A stretch of DNA of 64,000 bases from Chrysomallon squamiferum. Taxonomy: Eukaryota > Animalia > Mollusca. Position 1 is the first letter of the stretch. Each line of letters opens with the position of its first letter. This document shows positions 56,740-64,000 of the stretch, one piece after another. A program made the position numbers and the translations under genes. The DNA is taken from positions 9,300,001 through 9,364,000 of the forward strand of contig CM022666.1 of the NCBI GenBank assembly GCA_012295275.1. Reading direction: 5' to 3'. The notes under the pieces are model-generated. The model saw only the letters and a program-made list of their open reading frames with translations. It searched no databases and was not told the origin of the DNA.

Positions 56740-58169
56740 TTTTATTAAACAGAAGTATTGTTATTTAAGTCAGTGGTTTCAAAATAGGTGTTTCATTAAT
56801 TTCAAAGCATACCGTCATTTGTTGTATATTATGTTTATTATATTACGCTATGTTGCTACGCAAACACATACACACGATTATTCACAACCACTTACATACA
56901 CATATATAAATTCATACAAATAAACATACAGACACACACAAATAATAACGATTAATTTCATTAATTCCACTGTACTGTTGACCCACTATTTCACGGAGTG
57001 GACGGGTTCGGAAAATGCAAAACTGAAATTTTACCGAAATATTAAAATTTAGTACACATAACAGCTATACAGTACAATAATATAGAAATGTAAAGACAAA
57101 TATACAGATATAAAAACAATTCAAATAAATGTATAAGCAAAGAAAAATGTTCCGTAGAAAAATGTAGGCTCATTGGGTGAAGTTCGTTAGATTGGGATTG
57201 TTAAAGGTGCCGTTTTAAAAATTACTCTTACGTTTATGGAAAGTGGGTTGAGAGAAGGTTGCCACAATCGTATAGTTGTACTCAGAATAACTTAATAATA
57301 CCTACAGATAAGATTTCAAGTAGGAAATGGCGGTAAGTTCAGATTTTGTGATTTTTTCAGATTTCGAGGTTCTTAAAGTCAAGGGCCAACACTATACGAT
57401 GTTATAAGTCAAAATGTATTTTACTAAGGACTTAGATGTTTTAACGGTGTACATCACAGCTGAATATATTTATTCAAATTTTATATTTGGTGGGAATAGT
57501 ATAATAACGACTAGGAAAATATTATAATTGTGACGCAATACCCTTCTGTGACGTAAGAAACTAACCACATACATTCTCTACTGAAATAGTTGTTATTGAA
57601 TGATGAATATTTTGCAGACTTATTAACAAAACGGCAGGATGTGAATGTCAAATATTTTATTTAGTTTAGTCTTAGCTATACGTTTTGTATGAAAGTACGA
57701 TTCTGCGGTATATTTGTGTATGTGTGTGTATGAGCATATATATATTATGTATATAGAGATCACAATGTTTATGCCGTATGTCGTTTTTTTCGAGGAATGA
57801 CTGAAAAGAGACACAGGAAACTCAGGTAATACTGATTTGTTTCTTGTTGTTATTGTTATTTTTATTTTTTATTTATTTAAAAATTAAAGTAAAATAATTT
57901 TATTAAAGATCTAATAATGTAATATATACATAGTTAAGTTAGAGATACAGCTAAGTATTAATTAATTAATTAATTCTTAAACTTTAATTCTGATCCAAAA
58001 CATATTATCAGTTTCAATAAAAGTGTTCACAAACCGGATGTGTGTATCAATCATACAAATATTTACTTTTAATAAAACTAGATATAATTAATGTCAAACG
58101 GAACAAGATTTTATATTCATTAAAATATTTGTTTTATTTAACAAAGAATATTAAATCACATTGTTTCAA

Positions 58170-58530
58170 ATTCTATCATTAGCTGTTTCATATTAGATTT
58201 TTTTAATGACGTCACTAGAACAATAATTTTCCATCATAAGCTTATCGTATGTCAAACATTTGTTTAATGACGTCACTTGAACAGACTGATTAATTTTCCA
58301 TCATCAGCTTATCATATGCCAAACATTTGTCTAATGACATCACTAAAACGACTGATTAATTTTCTATCATCAGCTCTTGAATGTTGAACATTTGTTTAAT
58401 GACGTCATTAGAACACATTGATTAATTTTTTATCACTCATGAGTTATTGTATTCAAACATTTGTTTAATGACATCATTAGAAGACACTGATTAATTTTCT
58501 GTCATTAGTTATTGTGCAGTGAAACGTTTG
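58170..58530 (+). repeat. ~61-69-bp tandem repeat carrying CRE palindromes
   Basis: about 5 units of aaacatttgtttaatgacgtca...ttaattttccatcatcagctt; TGACGTCA at 58207, 58268 and 58400. Confidence 0.85.
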
Positions 58531-61147
58531 TTATTTCTAACATGCTGTGTGTAATATATCTTCAAAGAAAATCTCAACATGTTCCCACGATATAGTTATA
58601 TTTTGTTATTCTTAGACATGAAAACACGCAGAAAGTCAGTGACAACATTTTTAAATCTTTGTTATATTTTTTCTTCTTTAATGTTAAAGAATTAAAAACA
58701 AAAATTAGACATCTCTCTAGGAACGGAAAATAATTTAAAGGAAATACTGTGTAAAGGAGATCCTGTGACCCTGAATCCTGGGATAAGTGTCCTTACAGAA
58801 TTACAGTTAATTGTGTTTTTATACTGTTATTATTCTTCATCATCAAAGTTTAGTGTTCAGAAAAAAATAAATAAAAACCATCTTCCTTTAATATGATGCA
58901 GATGATCCTTGATAATGATTTTGACGAAGACAATGACAATGACGTTAATAAAATAACAGATCTTTATTAAATTATTATTATTTTTTTTTTTAATATAAAT
59001 TTGAAAGATTATAGAGTAATTTGTTTTAGACAATGTTTTCCTATCTCCCAGTTTCTGTTTCTGCAGATGAATCACATTATTTAACATTTACAAAAATATT
59101 TCACAAACTTATAGATTTTTGCAGGAATCCATCATCACAAATTTAGTATTATTTTATTAATATTAAAGACAATTATTATTATCATTTGTTTCTCTTTACA
59201 TGATAATTATTGTGTTAGTGTTAATATGTAGGCAGCATTCCGGATGGGAGGTCATGAAAAACAATTTATCATAACTTAAAAAAATAACTTTCAAAACTTT
59301 GAGTTTTTAAAATTAATATTTGTAAACTCTCACATAAGGATATAGATCTCGGATTTTCTTTGGTTAACTTTCTACATTTGGAAAACCCGAGTTACTGAAT
59401 TAGTTAGGTAACGTCACCTTTCTTACAAGTGAAGTCAGAGATTTGGTAGACTGTTTATTTCTGTGTAATCACACAAATATTTCCTATTCGTTGTCCGACA
59501 AATAAAATGTTCAGTTTTAAAATATTTTTGTTAATATAAAATTAGTTGAAATGTTTCGTCTACCTGCAATATTTAATCAGTTCAAACAATTTAAACAATT
59601 ATTTAATACGGAATTAAGATTTTTGTTCCTGAGAAAATATACAAAGATTTCCGATGCATTCCGAATGATTCCGAAACCATTTCAATTTGATAAAAGCTTA
59701 CGCAATGCTCATAATTACAACCGTTCTGTTCAGTGGTAGTCTCACGAACCTCCACCGTTATTCCTTTAATTTCTGTAGTACTTCGTGTGTATATTTGAAA
59801 AAATAAATATTCAGACTGAAATAAATGTTCCATACATAATAGTAGCAATATTTCCTTATTAACAATTATAGCAAACTTGGTCATTGATCTTTGGGTAAGA
59901 GTTGTTCAAAATTGAAAATAATGACATACTTTTATTTTTTTAACTTTTTCTCTCGTTTTACTCTTTGTCTCTCTCTCTACCTCTGTCTGTCTGTCTCTGT
60001 CTCCCTCTCTCTCTCTGTCTTCTTCCCTCTCCCATTCTCTCCCTCTTTATTCTCTCTCTTCCTCTCATCCCTCTCTCTGTTGTTCTGTCACTTTCTCTCT
60101 GTCTTTCTCTTTTAACGATGTGTACATTTATAAACAACAGTATTACAGATATAATGCAAATATTCTCAGACATAAAGATAAATACCTACATACGACTTAC
60201 TCTATTACAAATGGAGACGTCGTCTTTGATGTTGCTGAATCGATAGTATTTATAGATAAATAATGATGAAGCATGCCTACAATTTGAACTCTTAATACAC
60301 TTACAAACTGAAATTCGCCAACAAACTGAACTGTACACTTTCACAGTGAAACACACACCGGTACATATGAAAACTTTTGTATGTATGTGCGTTTGTATGT
60401 ACATTATGTATGTGTGTATATGTATGTGCATATCTCTCTATGTATGTCTGTACGTATGTACACATGTGTGTGTGTGTATATGTATATTTATGTGTATGTA
60501 TATGTCTCTCTGTATGTATTTCTATTCGTATGTATGCATAAAGCAGTGCAGTTGTTTGAGAGTAGAAGAAAAAGTAAACAGATAAACTAAATAGTGTACA
60601 GATAAGTAAACTGAATTTAAGACAACGAATATTGTAAAGATTAACCAAACCAACATCTAACAATGTCAGTTATCTTCTAGAATTAAAACAAAGCCACTGG
60701 GATTAGTTCTTAACAAACAGAGAACGATGCAACGTCAGGCTCGGCAAACCTGAGTCAGAAATACGAAACTGTACGAATACAAAAAGAAAATCAAAAAATA
60801 AAGAAAGAGATTTTCCCAAAATGACGACTGTGACGTAAAAGAAATTTAACGTCTGCTTCGCGCTCGTCTCACTTGGAATTGAACAAATGAGTTCCAGTAA
60901 GTAATGACTGTAGCGCTAATCTGGTATTCTTTCAAGCAAACGAAGACGTAGATGATGCATACATTATGGGAGTTTTCTGCGTGGAATAGCGACAAGCCTG
61001 ATTAGTCAAACTGAGCCAATTGTAGCTACTTAAAGAAATGTCAGTAATTCACTACATTAATACAACTCAACAGAATCACTGCCAGATGTACGTGGCGTTA
61101 AATTGTAGTAGTTGTATGCACTGCATATATGTTGTGAGTTTTCAAAA

Positions 61148-61249
<102 letters not shown>

Positions 61250-61555
61250 GACACACTTTATCTATATATCATACATACAACCATAATATGTATTTCCTTT
61301 ACGCTGACATCATTTACCTCTTTCGGATTCACATATCCTCTCTCATAAAGATACGTAAGCACATTCACAAACACATTACAATTGTACAATTATTGTTCTC
61401 GTCGTCATCACCATCATTGTTACTACTACTACTACTACTATCATCATCGTCTTTAAAATAACAAACGTTTCACAAATAAATTTTGTAACCTCTTAAAAAA
61501 TCAAAGTTAAAAATAAACAAGGAAAAAAGTAGTAGTAGTAAAGGTAGTAGTAGTA

Positions 61556-61611
<56 letters not shown>

Positions 61612-62277
61612 ATAAATAAATAGATAAAATTAAAATGTAAAATAATCTTAAATCATCCAATCACTAATTTTTAAATGACCAGTTACCATGACAACAATTT
61701 CGCCTGAGTGACTTGACGTCGCTCTAGTGAACTCAAACGCAATCAGCTATCATTTCAGCCAGATTTTTCACGCATTAATCAATTCTCTACGACATAACCA
61801 TTATTTTACCTTTTCTTCTTCCATCAAAATAACCATTATAAAAAATACAGTGAACATTTTTGGGCTCTTTTTTTTTGTGACCAAAAATAAAATTAAAAAT
61901 AGAAAAAAGAAGAAGAAGAAGAAAAAATGAGAAAAAGAAGTATGTCACCATAACATTGTGATAAATACTGCGCCTGAATATCAGTGGAACGCAAAATCAA
62001 TTCTCTTAAATGAATCCATTGAGTTATTTTTCCATTCCAACTATCGCCTTGTCATTTAATTATACGAGACTTAGGGTTTCTTGCCTAAGGGATGGTGAAT
62101 GTAAAAATAAATAGTTTTGCTAACAGAAAAAAGTAAACTGTGAAGTTGAAGTATTGTGTATCACAGTTGTTGTTGTTGTTGTTGTTATTGTTATTGTTTT
62201 TGTTATTGTTATTGTTATTGTTATTATTATTATTTTAGAAAGCAAAGAAAGAGAAGACAATTCGGTGTTCTGCAGGA

Positions 62278-62775
62278 ATGAAAATCAACCCGATTCAGAC
62301 ATGTTGGATACTGGTCGTCTGTTTTCAACTCGCCCTTTCTATGACCGTGAACTCTTATAGAAATACTGATTCTGTCGGTCACGTTAAAATTCTGAACGAG
62401 GACAAACTGCGATGGTTGATGTCAGGACCAGCGAAACAAGAACCTGTAAATTTAATTTCAAAGCTCTACAAATTAATGGAGGAATTTAAGACAACTACAC
62501 AACCGGAAGGCAACAGTGGATTTAACAAAGAACATGCGAAACGAATGAAACCGAGCTTTAATCCAACCGGATGGCGTAGGAAGAGGGATGTTGGCTGGAA
62601 TACAGAATTGGAACAGGCGCTGAACAGAGCTTATGAATCACCAGATAACTCTCTTCAGGAAAAAGCTGACGAACAGTGGCGAAAGAGAACGATTGAGCAC
62701 CGTTCGTCTAGAAGGAATTTTGACGATCGTTCGTTAAAACGAGAACCTCTACAGTTTAACCCTACCGGCTGGTAA
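62278..62775 (+). CDS. Secreted neuropeptide/prohormone-like precursor with two FNPTGW peptides
   Basis: N-terminal hydrophobic signal-like stretch (WILVVCFQLALS); basic cleavage sites KR, RRKR, RKR, RR, KR; KR-MKPSFNPTGW-RRKR and KR-EPLQFNPTGW-stop; upstream acceptor ttttag at 62238; AATAAA motifs downstream. Confidence 0.85.
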   Translation: MKINPIQTCWILVVCFQLALSMTVNSYRNTDSVGHVKILNEDKLRWLMSGPAKQEPVNLISKLYKLMEEFKTTTQPEGNSGFNKEHAKRMKPSFNPTGWRRKRDVGWNTELEQALNRAYESPDNSLQEKADEQWRKRTIEHRSSRRNFDDRSLKREPLQFNPTGW

Positions 62776-63644
62776 ACGACAACAATTTCCGACTCTTACC
62801 GAAAAAGACAAAGAAAATAATATGTCACTAAGAAACAAAAAGAGAGAGAAAAAAAAAATAAAATAAAAATAAAAATATAAAAATAAAATAAAAAAAAGAT
62901 TTGTATAAGAATTTTTTTTTTTTTTTTTATTTTTTTATTTTTTTTTTTTTAAATGCTAAAGAAAACGGAAAACAAATAAACTGTTGACTATAAATTAACA
63001 CTTTATTTTATCAAGTTACCAAACAGTTAGGCCTGAAGATTTATTAATGACGCAATTTGTTAGGTGGAAAATCATTTCACCGCTGTGGTCTATGTGTTTC
63101 AAAAGGTTAGAAATCGACTTTCAAATATGAACAGCAGCTAATTAACGTAATTTGATAAGGTTCGCGGAAACTGTTTTATCTTTAACTGAAAAAGGCAGGT
63201 GTTTTTAGCTTCAGCAAAGGTGTTCTGTCAAAAATATTTCATTGCCCTGCTGTCGACAGACACGGAATGTGAACAAAATGTCTTTTATCGTGTCAACAGA
63301 TAAATAACAATTTTGCAGTGGATGGGAAATGACGGATGTATTTCTGAAACGATTTTTGAGCAAAATGAAAAGCGATGATAATTCTTGAAATACAGCTCGT
63401 TGCTCCAACCAGTCAGAAAATTTTAATTTGATCCTTTAGCCAGTTTCTAAACTTTGGTAGAGAAACTTTGAGAGTGGAAAATTTTGTTTTAAAAATTTAA
63501 AATGATAATCTTAAAGAAAGAAAGAAAGAAACAACAACAAAGAAACAAACAAATAATTAAATAATAAAAATCTTTATCGCCATATTGTTAAATGCATAAA
63601 ATAATTATATATCTATAGAATAACAATGAATAATAATAAAACTC

Positions 63645-63900
63645 CACACTTTGTTTTAGAATGTTGCCAAACATTTCATAAACGTATTAAAACTAACACT
63701 TTGTTTTAGAATACTGCCAAACATTTCATAAACATATTAAAACTTAACACTTTGTTTTAGAATACTGCCAAACATTTCATAAACATATTAAAACAACATT
63801 TTGTTTTAGAATACTGCCAAACATTTCATATAACGTATTGAAACAACACCTTTCTTTTAAAATACTGTCAGACATTTCATATATGTTTTAAAATCCAACA
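63645..63900 (+). repeat. ~50-bp tandem repeat
   Basis: 5 copies of cactttgttttagaatactgccaaacatttcataaacatattaaaac. Confidence 0.85.
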
Positions 63901-64000
63901 ATTTGGTTTCATATGAGGACAAAGATATCGTCTGCTTACTTGTGAATATATAATTCATTAAAGGAGAACTATCAATAAAGATAATTATGATTTTTCTCGC

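Overview
AT-rich, intron-rich, microsatellite-dense animal genomic DNA. It is probably an invertebrate, most likely a mollusc; this is inferred from mosaic CpG depletion and a Meta-type SINE-like remnant. I spliced exons by hand on both strands. (1) A + strand LRCH-family gene (LRR repeats, charged helical and Ser/Pro-rich middle, calponin-homology domain) runs from 4140, with exon 1 upstream of the window. It has two alternative last exons: a tail-anchored transmembrane end (29257-29433) and a soluble PDZ-ligand end, -QSAV (33388-33501). The second stop is TGA-CAG-TTA, a perfect stop+CARYYA readthrough context, followed in frame by 34 codons encoding a transmembrane helix. (2) A hidden small - strand spliced gene (40880-40232) that the ORF track misses encodes an AKAP-type PKA-RII-binding amphipathic helix across its exon junction. 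(3) A complete + strand MOSPD1/3-like gene (CDS 47722-52282). (4) A secreted prohormone-like precursor (62278-62775) with two FNPTGW peptides that I cannot assign to a known family. Also present are a mariner remnant, a SINE-like remnant, a foldback element and minisatellites seeded at splice sites. Most ORFs in the supplied track are microsatellite or low-complexity artefacts. All gene models are sequence-only predictions without transcript evidence.
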